From positions 20,138,754 to 20,202,753 of the forward strand of contig OZ316896.1 of the NCBI GenBank assembly GCA_973895155.1: 64,000 bases of DNA, read 5' to 3'. The notes below the pieces were generated by a model. It was not told where the DNA came from and ran no database searches. It was given only the letters and a program-made list of their open reading frames with translations. Numbering within the stretch: the first letter of the stretch is position 1; each line of letters opens with the position of its first letter. Shown piece after piece: positions 13,501 through 28,066 of the stretch. This DNA is from Marsupella aquatica (Eukaryota > Plantae > Marchantiophyta). A program made the translations under genes and the position numbers.

Positions 13501-16500
13501 GCAAGTGAGGTTGAGGGTCTACTGCTCCAGATACAAAGTCTTAATAACCAACTGGAGAGTGCGAATGCTGAAAAGGAAATTCTGCGAACAGGGCTCACTC
13601 AGGCAGAGCAGAAGCTATCAGCTACTAGAGAGAAGTTGAGCTTGGCTGTAAGTAAGGGCAAGGCTGTTGTGCAACAAAGGGATGCATGGAAACTTTCTTT
13701 AGCAGAGAAATCAAAGGAACTGGAGATATTGGTTGCTAGTCATCAACAGAAACTTCAGGATAAAGACATAGCTGTCAATAACGCAGAGAGGAAGATTGTA
13801 GATCTTACAGCATCCCTAGATCATATGGCCAGGTTGGAGATGCAGTTGGAGTCCTTCCGGAAAATGATTTCAACAACAGAGCAGGTGTTCTTGGAAAATG
13901 AGGATCTTTTCCTGAGTCTGTGTGCATTGTTGGACAATACTTTCCTTCCAAATGACTGGCGCTCAAGTGAACTTGCCAAGAAGAGTCTGTGGATCACCGG
14001 TTGTGTCAGTAAGTTGCTGCAGGAGCTGATATCGAGGAGAGAAGAGATGCGCGCCTTGATGGAACGTGCTGCTGCATTAACGAGCGCTGTTGAGAAATTT
14101 GAAGCCAGAGTGACTGCTATGGCTATGAAATTAGGTTCAGTGAATCATGAAAAGGAAGAGCTCATGTTAAGGCTCGAGGATGGAGGCAATCAAATGCAGG
14201 GAGAACGTGATCAAATGACAGAGGAGAAAGCACAACTTACTGGCATCATCAGACAACTAGACTTAGACGTAGCAGTAGAGAAGCGTGAGAAGGGAGATCT
14301 TGCAACAAGATTGCAAGCTCAATCGAAGGAGATTGTTAACTTAAATGCATCTGTGATCAGCTTGTGTAGGAACCTGAGTGATTGTTATGAAGCAATATGC
14401 CCGGTTGAATTGGACCCGATTTCTGCTCAGTCTTCCTTGGATTACTGCAAGTATGTCGTGAAGCTGCTTATAGATAATCATAACTCGACAGTTGGGAAGC
14501 TCAAAGTAATATTGGGTGAAGCATCGCTTCTCAGCTATCCATCTCAAGAAGCCATCAAGGATGCTCTGTTTCAGGGCTTCGATGACAAAACATCATCCAA
14601 AGAAATATCTCGTGGCTTGTCTGAAAAGGTCGAGGAAGCATTGGCTAGTCTTGAGCATCAGGCTATCACTTTGGTTGCAGAACAAAATGAGAAAAACAGG
14701 TTGCAGCTGGAGCTCACACATAAAGAAGAAAGGCTCAATGCGGACCGAGAGAAACTGCGTGCGGCACTGAGCAAGGGCAAGCTGTTAGTCCAGCAACGAG
14801 ATTCCTTGAAGCAGGCTTTGATGGATAAAGTTACTGAATTGGAGACGTTGGCATCTGCTCATAAAGAGGAATTACAATCAAAAGAACTTTTATTACAGGA
14901 GGTGAGTGATAGGTTAACATCTTCCTCGGAGCATGCGGCTGGTTTGGAAAAGGACTTCTTTTCCTTCAAGACCTCTGTTGCAAGTAACCCGGACCCGTCT
15001 GTAGCGGATAGATTATCTGAAATGGAAAAGCAGATTTCCGAGACTCAACAGAGGGCGAATGCAGCTGAATCTGAAGTAGAGAAATCTAAAGGTGCCGCTG
15101 CTGCTCTCTTGTCTGACCTCGAGCTCTCGCAAACGAGGTTCGATAATCTTGTAGAAGAGGTGAAGAGTCTGACCAAGGATAAGAACGACCTTGTTCAGCA
15201 ATTGGAGAGTGGTGGCAAAAAATACAAAAATGAACTTCAAGAGTTCAACATGGAGAAAACCCAACTGATCTCAGAGATTAGTAATTTGAAGGCAGATCTT
15301 GCACTGGGAAAGGACGAGAAAGAAAAACTCGTCCGTGACTATAATGAGGTTTCTGACAAGCGTGGCGAGTTGAGGTCACAAATAGAAGAACTTTTGACAG
15401 CAAGGGCCAAGTTGCTTGGTGAGACTGAGACTTTCCAGCTGAGAATAGCTGAACTAGAGATGGCCTTGGAGAGTGAGGCCCATGCTCGGATGAAAGTAGA
15501 GTCAGATATGGAGGCTGTTGCGGCACGCATCCGAAATAGTACTAGAGAGCTTATAACGGAAAGGTCAATCGACCCCCTAACCTCAATTCTGCATGATCCT
15601 CTATCCGGTAGCCAACTTGATTCACTAAGTGCCTTGCTCGTCGTGAACTATGAGGCAGCTTTGCGCGAAATTCACGAGCTTTCCAAACAGAAGGCTTTAC
15701 TTTCTGAGTCGCAGCAGACGATGACGGAGAAGGCCTCATCTGAACGTGAGATGTGTGAGCAGTTACAACAAAGTCTAGCAAATAAGGAGTTAGAGCTGAG
15801 TGAAGTGCGGAAGAAACTAGAGGAGGTGGATTCAAGAAAGGAAAAAGATTACGAAGCTTCCAAGGGTTTTCTTGCAGAAGTGGGTGCTATGAAGGAGGAG
15901 CTTGCGAAAGCAAGAATTGAGAGGGATGCTCTCCAGAGTGAACTCGTGCAAGTGGAGCAAAAAGGAGGTACAACAAGGGAGAAATTGAGTTTGGCTATCA
16001 AGAAGGGTAAAGGAGTAGCTCAGCAGAGAGACTTGTTGAAACAATCACTCTCCGAGCAGCAGTCGCTCGTCGCTCGCTATCAGGATGAACTGCAGAATAA
16101 GGAGTCTGCCTTGAAAAAGGCTATAGATGAAGTATCGATTTGTAAAGAGAAAGTCCAAGCGTTAGAGCTCGCTGTGAGTTCTTTGAAGACCTCTGCGTCA
16201 ACCCTTGAACAGGAGCTGCAAGATAAGGATAGCCTTGTCCAAACAATAGAGGTTGTTCTCACCAAATGGAATTTTCCAAGTGAATGGCAATCGAGGGATA
16301 TAACAAAGAAACTTGAGTGGTTGGTTGCAGCTGTTTCTAATGCTGAAACCAATTTAATCAGAGCTGGCAAAGAAAGAGATGCGTTGAAGAAGGCATCTGC
16401 TCAATTGAGTGTTGAGCTGACAGATACTCAAACAAGAGCAAATCGGGAACAGGAGTCACGTTCATTGCTTGGCACAAAGTTGCAGCAAACTTTGGGTGAG

Positions 16501-18969
16501 TTGGAGTGGAACCGGAATCGAATTGCAGAACTGGAGACTCTTTTGGCAGAGGCTGGAGGAGTCGGCCAGCAAACAGAACAGCTTACTAGGGAAGTTCTGG
16601 ATCTGAAAAGATCAGTTCAACAGAAGCAGGCTGAAGTTGATAGAGCAGAAGAAGCTGTGATTGCTTGGATGAAGCGGTCTGAAGAGTCAGAGAAATATAT
16701 ACAATTGTGTCAAGAGCGAATCTCAGAGCTGGAACAAACTTCCCAGGAATCAGCCGGAGCCTACCAGCAGATAGGCCTCTTGAAAGACAAAGTTGCACGT
16801 CTTGAAGAAGCTGTGGAGCAGAAGGAAGCAGCGGTGAAAGCCATGGAGACCTCACGTGGCAAAGCTATCAACAAGCTCACTTTAACTACCAACAAATTCC
16901 GAGAACTTTACCAGCAGTCCGAGGGTCTTGTTGTAGAACTTGAACGTATGCACAAACACCTTCAGGATAAGGATGCTGAGATAGTCGAATTAAAAGAAGA
17001 AGTTACGAAGATCAGTAGCCAATTCCAAATTTCACAGGAAGACTTAGGGTCAAAGAGGGCGTTTCAGCTGCGCCTTGAAAAGCTTTTGGAAACTGCAGTG
17101 CTCGCTGGGGCCAATTCTGTGACTTCTCCACCGATGGCTGAACAAGAAAACAGTGAGCAGCTTGCAGTAGGAAAATCAGATGAAGAACGATGCTTCGCAC
17201 ACGTTCATTTGCTTCGAAATCAGCTGTCTGGCTTGACCGTTCAGTCACAAGCTCTGCAAGCTGACGTAGAAAAGAAAGAAGTTCAGCTGCAAGGAAGGAG
17301 AAAAGAACTTGAGGAAGCGGTTGCGGAAAGAGCGCTTCTGAACGCAAATTTGCAGAGGGAACAAATGCAATCCGAGAGACTCAAAGCAGCAATTGCCTCA
17401 ATGCAAGCTCCAGTAATAGAGCGGGGACCAAACCAGGCAGAGGAAATTGAGGAGGTAAGAGCAAGGTCCTTGCTGGACGCGAATGTAAAGGATTCTGCCT
17501 TTGTGGCCCATCAGTGCAGTGTTTCGGAGGTTAGGTTCTTTGGAATAAATTACTGTACAATATCATTTTGTTCCTGTAGGTGTCTCAGACATTCTCTCTG
17601 CTTATGGCGGTTAAGATGTTTGGTGTTGAGAGCCAACAGTAACAAACAACTGACTGATTTTGATGATATTTGCAGGTCCAAGTGGGCAAGCGGTTGTCGC
17701 CCGTCAACGTTCCTACACCACATGTCCGGGGCGCACGGAGGCCTAATGCTATTGACGTAGCAATTGATGTGGATTCTGAAATGACCCAGTCGCTGGTGGA
17801 ATTTGATGACAAAGGTTGGGAACATTTTTATCTGAAATATATGCTAGAGTAGGATTTAAATGATTGCTTCTTCTCATTATGGGGATGTGTATTTGTCGCG
17901 TGACGATGATTGGAAATTGATGATACTAGATTGAGGATCAACGTATGAGCATCTCTGACGAATCCGTAAGCCACCACAATTAGCTTTGTCTATAAATTCC
18001 CAGCTTGCAAGGCTATCACCTGCTTATCGGTTGAATGGACACAGTATGCATGTTATCCTCTCACCCACTAGGGGATATTGCGGAGAATTTGTTAGTTTTC
18101 TATGTTCCTGGAGAATTCTTTGATATTGCGTTTATACTTTAAATGATGATATGAATTCTTTGCAAGTCGTAATAACAAGTTTATATTGTTGCGTTATCAG
18201 TGTTAAAAGTCTGCACTCTTACCTGACCGTCTGAATAATGGCTATTCTGCAGGACATGGATTTAAGTCTTTGGCAAGTTCACAGTTTATGCCAAGAGGGA
18301 CACGTGCCATTGGTGAACAAATTGATCGACTATGGTACGTATTTCAGAATCGTCTTCGGTTGTCAAGAGTGTCCATACATCTAGTTCTCCATAGTTGTAG
18401 AGACTATGGTAGGTTCCCAAGGTTTCACTGATATAGGTCGTGCCAGATTGATTGGAAATCCTGGTAGGGCCCTCTGAAAAGCTTAGCATATTTAATCATC
18501 TGATGCATATATTCGAGTTCTTGGGAAAGTCTAGTGTCAGGATATTCTACCTAAGTTATACATACATTATCAAGCGTTATCTAGGGCAAGTATACACTTC
18601 ACTTAGCGCTAAGGTGCACCTACTATAGGTATGCTTACAACCATAGGTATGTTTCTACCAGGATCAGAGAGGAATGTCGGTTTTTTCGTAAGTCCAGAGG
18701 AACAGCGAACCTAGAATCTTAGCTTTTCGTAGGTCGGAGGCATACGACAACGTGTTAATTCGTTTTGTTATTATCGTTCACATTCACATGTTGCAGACGC
18801 AGAGGTCAGACGTATCATGTCGAAGTCCTAACCTTATCTGGGTCCTCAATGCAGTGTTGTAGGAGGGAGGGTGCTCATGAGACGGCCTGCTGCAAGGCTC
18901 ACAGTGACACTGTATTGGCTGGCAATGCATATTTGGATGGTTTTCTTAATATCTGCCGCACATGTCTAG
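7561..18969 (+). CDS. TNO1 / At4g31570-like giant coiled-coil, tail-anchored Golgi/TGN tether, ~3200 aa. Exons: 7561-7611, 7856-8392, 8594-12373, 12556-17454, 17676-17814, 18253-18334, 18855-18969
   Basis: All six introns are GT-AG and phase-consistent; the CDS sums to 9603 nt. N-terminus reads MDKPKSKGDLRAAGKKR|LQEFRQKK. The REKLxxAxxKGKxxxQQRD motif recurs. C-terminus reads DDKGHGFKSLASSQFMPRGTRAIGEQIDRLCVVGGRVLMRRPAARL plus hydrophobic TVTLYWLAMHIWMVFLI, typical of the plant TNO1 family. The ORF-track 1294-aa and 1739-aa ORFs are exons 3 and 4. Confidence 0.88.
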
Positions 18970-21550
18970 TTGGTGAGTGACAAGTCCTGACCACTAGGCG
19001 AGCATTTTGTTCATTGTGAAAGTCACCGTCTTTCTGGTTTCACAATAAACGGCTTGCTGTATATCAAATGCATGAAGGTCTTCCACATCTTGAGATTCGT
19101 TTTCCTTTGAGAACTTCAGTTGTTCGTCCTCCTAGTAGATAGACAACTGAATTCATGACGCCAAGGCATGGCTATAGTCTTACATTTGTCGAATTATATT
19201 TAATAGCTTTCCTCTTCTTGGATCCTTGCTCTCTCCTTGGTAATGTGTTAAGGACACAGCTGGCTTAGAAATGCTGAAGAAGTGGCTGTCAGGATTCATG
19301 ATTATGATGTGGTGTTAAACTGAAACTGGACTGGAAGTGAATTTCCGGGGTTCACCGTCGTGTATTGTGCATCCATCAGGTTGGAATTGACGCGAATTGA
19401 TGATTGTATTGAGCAATGCAACACAACAAGAAGCATGAATCCGAAGACTTTCTTCAGTCGGCGCGGTTGTTTGTTGTTATGTTCCGTTTCTATCTCCTTA
19501 GGTACGATGAAATCTTCGTGTTTGCTAATTCTGATTTCTTTATTATCCTGTTTATTGCAGAGGATTATATTATTTCTTCCGTTTTTCTCAATTTACCATT
19601 GAGTGGAGAAAGAAGATGTGCAAGGTAGTTCACTGCCGATTATTCTTCTTGTGTATCTAACTGTTCTTTGTTGACACAGATATGGCGCTTCGTGCAGAAC
19701 ATTACTCGGAGATTAGCATTCATGTTAATAAGATCCATCATTACATCGACTTTCTTGTTCAGCTTGAGATTGGCAATCTCGAGAAACCTGCACTTGTTGT
19801 AGTAAAGTACTCGTGAAGCCCTTCACACAGGAGCCCCCATGCATACGATTTGAGACTACGTGACTATGAAGATGGCAAGTTTTAGTGTAACAATGCCATC
19901 GGAGTCAATTCACTACTTCGTTCTTGTGACCAAAATTGATTGGTTGGTCCACCAGGTCCTGTCCACTATTTCTAGATCATTGATGAGTTCAATCTTAGAA
20001 TCAAGCATTGCTTGTTGCCCTCGGGGGTATTTTCAGTGAGCTTGATTTGCTCTTATACAGAGACTGTGTCCACTGTATCATAACACGTCACATTGAGATA
20101 ATCTATCGGTTGGAATTTTCATAAAGATGCACAGGCGTGTACAATTGTGAGATGGTCATGCTTTGTTTGTTGCTTGTAGATGAATTTAGCAGGTATGTCT
20201 CTTGCTGGTGTATTCTGTTCACTTTGGAAAAGGATTGTGGGAGTGTAATGTGATAGGCATACGTACCTGCTTTTGCCCTTCATGATGGTCATCAGGTGTT
20301 CAGACAACCCAATTAGTTTGATTGGAGATGAGCGCGTGGAACTCTGATGGCATCTGAGTCTATGTCAACTAATGCTGTTATAATCTTACATGTTTCTCAG
20401 TGGAAAGGGTGTCACTGGCCTGCATCAGTCACATGATAAAGGTTTAACCTATGAAGCTCGTAAGATGGCAGATGAATGTCTTTCCACGATGTTTTTAAAG
20501 TTGTCTCCTAGTGTCTAGCTGAGAAGGAAAAGAATTTTGAGTTGGTGTGATTGCCAAACCCAAGAAAATTCCTTGGAAACAGAGGTGCATACCATAGCTC
20601 GAGCTCAAAAGTTACAACATTCACATGAAACCGCATTAGGAATAAAAGTGAAAAACAAAAGAAAACAAGAAGAATGGATTACTATAGGTAGTGGAATGAG
20701 GCACTTCCCTCACCTTTGCTTAACATTATCAATCGACCTCTTGTTCCCCAAATTGACATTTATTTTTGCAGTTATCTCATATCTACTATACGTTGAAGCT
20801 AGAATATAAATCTTGATTGTTTCAAGTGTGGAAATTTGTATCCCACACTTAAATCATCTCGTAGCTATTTTGCTCACAAGACCTGATAATTACATTCCAC
20901 ACTTAGACTGCCAGTGTCCCTAATGTTCTTAATTTTTTAATTTAAATAGCACTATTTTGTCACCTGGTGGACAAAGGCGTTTAAACCATCGTGGGCCTTT
21001 GTTTAGGATAACTCTCTCCTCAAGAAGTTTCACCTAACACACAGAGTTCTTTGCTCACATATCTGATAATTATATTACACTCTGGTGACTTTATTGAGGC
21101 CACCTCTCTCCTCATACAAGTTTCACCTAACACACACAGCTGTTTGCTCACATACCATAATTATACTCCACGCTTAAACCCTCTCAACCTGTACTTAACG
21201 AGTAAATTGTGGCCACCACGGCACCTGGATTGGCTGCGTGGCTTCTCTGGCTGGCCTGCTATAAGTAGCTGGCCCACAAGCTGGCCCCATGTGCGACAAG
21301 CATTCTAGTCGGTCAGGCAGATGGTGGGTCGGTACCAGAGCGTAGCATAGGGAAGTATTGTAGCATAGCTTAGGGTATTATAGCATAAGAAAGAAAGGAT
21401 AGGATAGGGCGGTGGGGAGAGAATCCTGTACTAGTAGTGCACTTTCAATTTGCTGCTAAGAGGAGGTGCCGCCCACCCAAGCCATGTCCTCCTCCTCCTC
21501 CTCCTCCCTTGGCTGAGGTCTTTCATGTGACTTGCACCCAACTTCTTCCT

Positions 21551-21605
21551 ATGCTATGCTATGCTATGCTATGCTATGCTATGCTATGCTATGCTATGCT
21601 ATGCT
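21551..21605. repeat. (ATGCT)11 microsatellite
   Basis: Perfect pentanucleotide run read directly from the sequence. Confidence 0.97.
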
Positions 21606-22464
21606 ATGCAGACCGTTCCTGCGAGGGTGAGGGAGGGGTGACTGCACTTATGCAAACAGCATTTTTTGATGCATTTATAAATCATTGTAATAGTAGGGGA
21701 GGATGGCAGACCAATCCTGAGAGGGTGAGTGAGAGTCTACCTGCACTTATGCAAACTGCATTTTTTGATGCATTTATAAATTATTGTTATACTAAGGGGA
21801 TGACATGGTTAGTTTGGAGTAATCCAAGCAATTTTTTTATTCCTCATTTTTTGGTGTCTTTATATACAAAATGCTGGTAATATATATCACACTGTCAAAA
21901 AAAACAAGAAAAGCAAAGAGGGGGACATGAATCCACAGGCAAAAAGACCCAATAAAGGAAGAGAGGAGGGAACCCTGAGAAACCAAAGAGGCTCAACAAA
22001 TCAAGGTGTCCCCAACGAGAAGCAGGAACTCATCAACAAGTTGATCCTCCTCTTCACCTCGCCTCACTTCCCGCTCACCCAATCCCGCGGTACTCCCTGA
22101 GGCAGACAAAGCAAAGGGCTCAAGAGACAAAGGGCCAATCTCCTCGACTACGATGCCTCTCTCTTGTAAATATTAGGTAGAGGGTAGTGACGGTTTGGTC
22201 TGGGCTTACTAGTCTGTAACCCTGTGACTAGAAAGTGAGGAAATGCTGACCGGCTACCACCGAAGGAGCTGTGTGGGCACAAGTTTCAAACTAGAACCCC
22301 AGCCAAAACAGTCTTTATCATGTTTAATATATATCAGGAAAAAAAATTACCAAGTAGAATTTTCCTACACATGGTTATGGAATGGTAGCACCTAATAAAA
22401 AAAGTTACACACTAATCTTTCTTCCTAAAAAGAACACTAATCTTTCTTCCTAAAAAGAATTATT

Positions 22465-22690
22465 GAATTATATAGTTGGGGGTGCACTCGTTACATAATG
22501 CACTTATTCACTGTGCACTTATGCACCTTTCTTCGACAAGAATTACGGAATTGTATAGTTGGTATGCACTCATCCATATAATGCACTTATTCACTGTGCA
22601 CTTATGCACGGTTCAATAGGGAATTATATAGTTGGTCTGCACGCATCTACATAATGCAGTTATTCACTGTGCATTTATGCACGGTTCAAT
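22465..22690. repeat. Three tandem ~70-80 bp TGCA-rich units, probably a TE subterminal repeat
   Basis: GAATT.TATAGTTGG..TGCAC...ATAATGCA.TTATTCACTGTGCA.TTATGCAC occurs three times. Similar GTGCACTT/AAGTGCA-rich tracts lie at ~39110-39350 and ~49570-50350. Confidence 0.8.
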
Positions 22691-25600
22691 GTACAGTAAT
22701 CGATAAATGTCGTTGAGGGAGGAATCTATGGACGACTGTCTTATCCCCCAACCCCTAGGTGTGTCTCCTCGTCGTCTGTGCCAAACCTCCTCTGCTCTGT
22801 GCTCTCTGATCATCCTCGATGCCGCCTACGGAATCCGAAATCCTCTTGTCCAGCATGCGAATGAACTGCGAACGAATTTATTATTGTTATGATCGACGTA
22901 CGAGAACTCTTGTAAAAGCCAAATTATGGAGTTTCATGTTGGGAGACCAACAAAACGATATTGCTCGTCTGAAATGGAAATGGTGAGAGCTCCGAAAGGC
23001 GTTGTAGTGCGCTGTGAGACCAGAAATGTGCGCATTGACAGATTTTTTCGGTTCGGGGCCAGCTGCCAAGGATTCGCCGGCGGTTTCGGTGCAGTAAAAT
23101 TCGAGTTTGAGAGCGCTTGACGGAATGATTGCAGCCATCTACATAAATGCTGAGATTGCTTGAGTTGCTGCCGTCCTGGATTTGATCGCTGCAATCATAA
23201 CCTACAAGTTCCAGTTTGAGCTCGAGCAAAGTGAGAAACGGCCCTATTCACGCAGCCTTTGCATTCGGAATTAGTGTGACGTTTCAACACAATTACTCTG
23301 ATATCAATTGATCTCATCCTGCTCGACGCCCGTCTCGATAAATATGATACCTCGCCCTATTGAATTTCGACTGGGGATTCACGAGTCCGTAATCCATCCA
23401 TTACAAAATAAGGTAGATGAGGCCGAATTGTCGACTAGCTAGGAGCTCGAAGGATGGCCGTGTTTAAGGTAAACTGGGTGTGGCTATGTATGCCGTGTTC
23501 AAGTAATCAGACAATTGCTGATCCTCCTTTCAGTCGTCGTTTTCTAGAACTAAGCGCAGCATACGTACTGGAGGTGAGAATCGGTGTAGTGATGTGATTA
23601 TCGCGTCCACCCTAAAGCTCCAACCCTAATCTCAGTCGACAATAGATCACTGCCCTATCGTAGTCCGAACAAACGTATACAGTAGATGAGATGTCTGCTA
23701 GGGTGAGTATGGTCGCCCCAACCCTAATGTCAGAATTCGGCACCCTTCGCCCTACTGCACTGTAGTCCTTTTTAAATGAACGAAGATTCTTCGAGTAATG
23801 CCTTTAGGGTTAGGGTGAGTATGACCAACGAGACTAGAGTCTCCTTCGTGGTACCTATTCAACGACCGAACGGCTTGGTCCGCAAGGTTCTGTTCAACCT
23901 GCAGTCTATCGTGGACTCAGCCATTTATTTCACTTATGGAGGATTAAATTGAACCGTAGCAGGCATCTGTGCCACGACGGTGCCCATCACAAGGGAATCC
24001 CGATTCGAACGTGCTTATAATGATCGACAACTACCACTTTACGTACTCCAGCGAGGTTAGTGATGCCTTCCACTTTCACCCACATGAATGCTGCAGCAGT
24101 ACTACACTGGAAGCCTGGAAGGGACAGGAACCCTGAATCTACCTAGGTATGACTCGTGTTCCACGTACATGCTGCACCACTGCGCTGTGACTCTGTGAGG
24201 GACAGAAAGATAGGAAACCTGGTTTCACTTACATAGGACTCGTCTTGCCGCTGCCATTCCCAGGGTAGAGAGATTGGTTATGCCGGCTCCTAGCTTTTGT
24301 CCTGCAGGCCGCCAGTTACGTCAAGATGGCTGGCTGCCTAGAACAGTACATTCACATGCAACTAGGAAACCCTAAGGCGCACGCCTGCAATGACAAAGTG
24401 CGTTCGGCCGACTTGTCCATTGCTCTTCCTCAACCAAATCCCCGTACGCGGTAAGCTAGCTGTCGCTGATCAATCTCGTGTAAGGCTAAAATGGTACGGT
24501 GCATCGAATACGGTGCGCTACCCTGCCACACAGAAGAGACCTTGATCTCATGGTTACAGTCACCGAGATTGAAATTGAGTCCATTCCACAGCATCTTCAA
24601 TCAAGTACGCATCTTTCTCTACTTCAGTTTCTGACAAGCCATCCCGTGCACGTGAAACAACTGGGAGCTGATGTTCTCACTGACATGCTCTGATGTTAGG
24701 GCGTGAACTAATCGCACTTTGTCACAGCTTGACAAAACTTAGGCCACCCTACAAAGCTCCGAAGTTGAGGTGTAAATAGTCGCCATTCCGTCACACATTG
24801 GTCACATTCTGACCATCATTCGGGGTCGATCGCAAAGTTTCCTGGTCCTCCCAAACATAGTTCCTGCCTTCAGAGAAATTTCGACCTAATTGATCGATCT
24901 CCTCTGTTTGACCTCATCATACCGGAAAATCTGGTCACCAATAATGCATACAACTTTACTTCAATACGCTTTGCTTTCAATCCGGTGACCAAATATTTAA
25001 CCTCGACGCCGACGGCACTTTTACCTCTCATGACCTTTAGCGTCTACTGACGATCAGGTGGTGGTCCAAGGGACAATCTATCCGTCGCGTCCACAGAAGT
25101 GTTAATAAAACACTGAAGTGAATTTAGGGTTTAAGAATGGGAATAAGTGTCGACCAAACTTAGGATCTCAACCACACTCATATGCCCTAATCAGGGCGGT
25201 AAATGATTCGTTGTTCCAAATTCAACGCTGGCTAAGTTGTGTGCGAAGAAATTTCCATCGCAGCCGCTGACCACAGACCTCGCGTCGACCCCCTTAAGCT
25301 CAAATGCACTCGACCTGGACAACACCCAAACCATCTCCACTGACAGAACATCATCACTGGGGATAAGGACATAAACGGACTAGCAGTCACACCAAAATTC
25401 CATGTACTCAGTACACGTCTGGGTCGAATAAAATTCCATGTACGCAGTAAACTCACATGGGTCGAATAATTTCTTGCCGCAACTGGATGTGCATCAAAGA
25501 AGATTCACATTATGCACATCCAGTATCTCTCATCCAGTTGCGGCATGAGAAGTTCTCAACGAAGGATATCATACTCAGGAGTGAGAAACATGATACATGC

Positions 25601-25985
25601 AAGCACGACAGTCAAGTGGCATTCATCACAACAGCCATTCGGAGATTGACACACAATTAAGTAAAGGCTGCATGTCCAGCTCAATTTCATTCAATCATTC
25701 GTATAGAACACTAAGCAAAATATTTAAAGTGATCTCAGAAGTTTGGCGTTACAAAATTTAAAAATCTTCCGGATTGTGTTCAGCAGACCGGCAATATCTA
25801 CCTCACAAAATTATAACAAAAATCTAAGCCGTGGCAAAGCCTCGCCACCGCCTGTCCAGCACCCAAGTCTGCTTCTGACGGGCCAACAGCATTCTTTGGA
25901 AAAGAGTACTTAAACACAGGACGGATAAGGCTATGAGGCCATCCATGGCAGCATCAGCTTCGGAAGACAATCTAATCGGCACGGT

Positions 25986-27572
<1,587 letters not shown>

Positions 27573-27581
27573 TCACAAAAT

Positions 27582-27958
27582 CTGTCAAATAATTCTCAAG
27601 GTCAGCCCAAATCCCGATCCGAGTCGCTGCACATCGAAACCCTCAGAGCGACGCTCATGCAGGCGGCAAAAACAGACGCATGCTCAACCCGCATACGCTA
27701 AAAACCTAGTTCAAGCAACTGCAGATCGAGAACCTCAAGAGACCGACTGAACCAGCAAGACGGCAAAAACCTGCAACGAATGCTCCATGCAAAAACCCAA
27801 TCCAAGCTCACCGAAGAATCCGAATCCTCCCAAAACAAGACCCTAGCAAGAAAACGGCAGCGCGCTCAAAAGAGACCTTCCCAATACCACAACGACGGTG
27901 TCCTCTAGCTGCACCACCGGCAACGATGATCAGAAATGAGACAACAAGCCCTACTCAC
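27582..27958 (-). other. Probable 5'UTR intron of EF1A
   Basis: Minus-strand donor GTGAGTAG at 27958 and acceptor TTTGACAG ending at 27582, 30 nt upstream of the ATG. Leader introns are typical of plant EF1A genes. Confidence 0.65.
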
Positions 27959-28057
27959 CGATGAAAACCAAGAAGCTCGGTCGATGTCGAAGTCGCAGCC
28001 CAGAAATGTGCGAAGCTTTCTCGACCTCAGACGATAATAAGAGGAACCGAAAGGAGA

Positions 28058-28066
28058 TTTAGGGTT
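28058..28066 (-). promoter_or_regulatory. Telo-box-like element (AACCCTAAA) in the EF1A promoter/leader
   Basis: The plus strand reads TTTAGGGTT about 100 nt upstream of the leader-intron donor. Telo-boxes are established elements of plant EF1A and ribosomal-protein promoters. Confidence 0.55.

Noticed and set aside
8618-17760. Two separate giant genes of 1294 aa and 1739 aa
   Set aside because: They are joined in phase by a GT-AG intron (12374-12555). The ORF ends are intron read-through and the starts are non-ATG.
21437-21880. 147-aa ORF with MLCYA repeats
   Set aside because: Translation of the (ATGCT)n and (CCT)n microsatellites and a 100-bp duplication.
23600-25140. Telomerase RNA gene or interstitial telomere
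   Set aside because: Only isolated telomere-like words, with no tandem array and no USE+TATA Pol III promoter seen.
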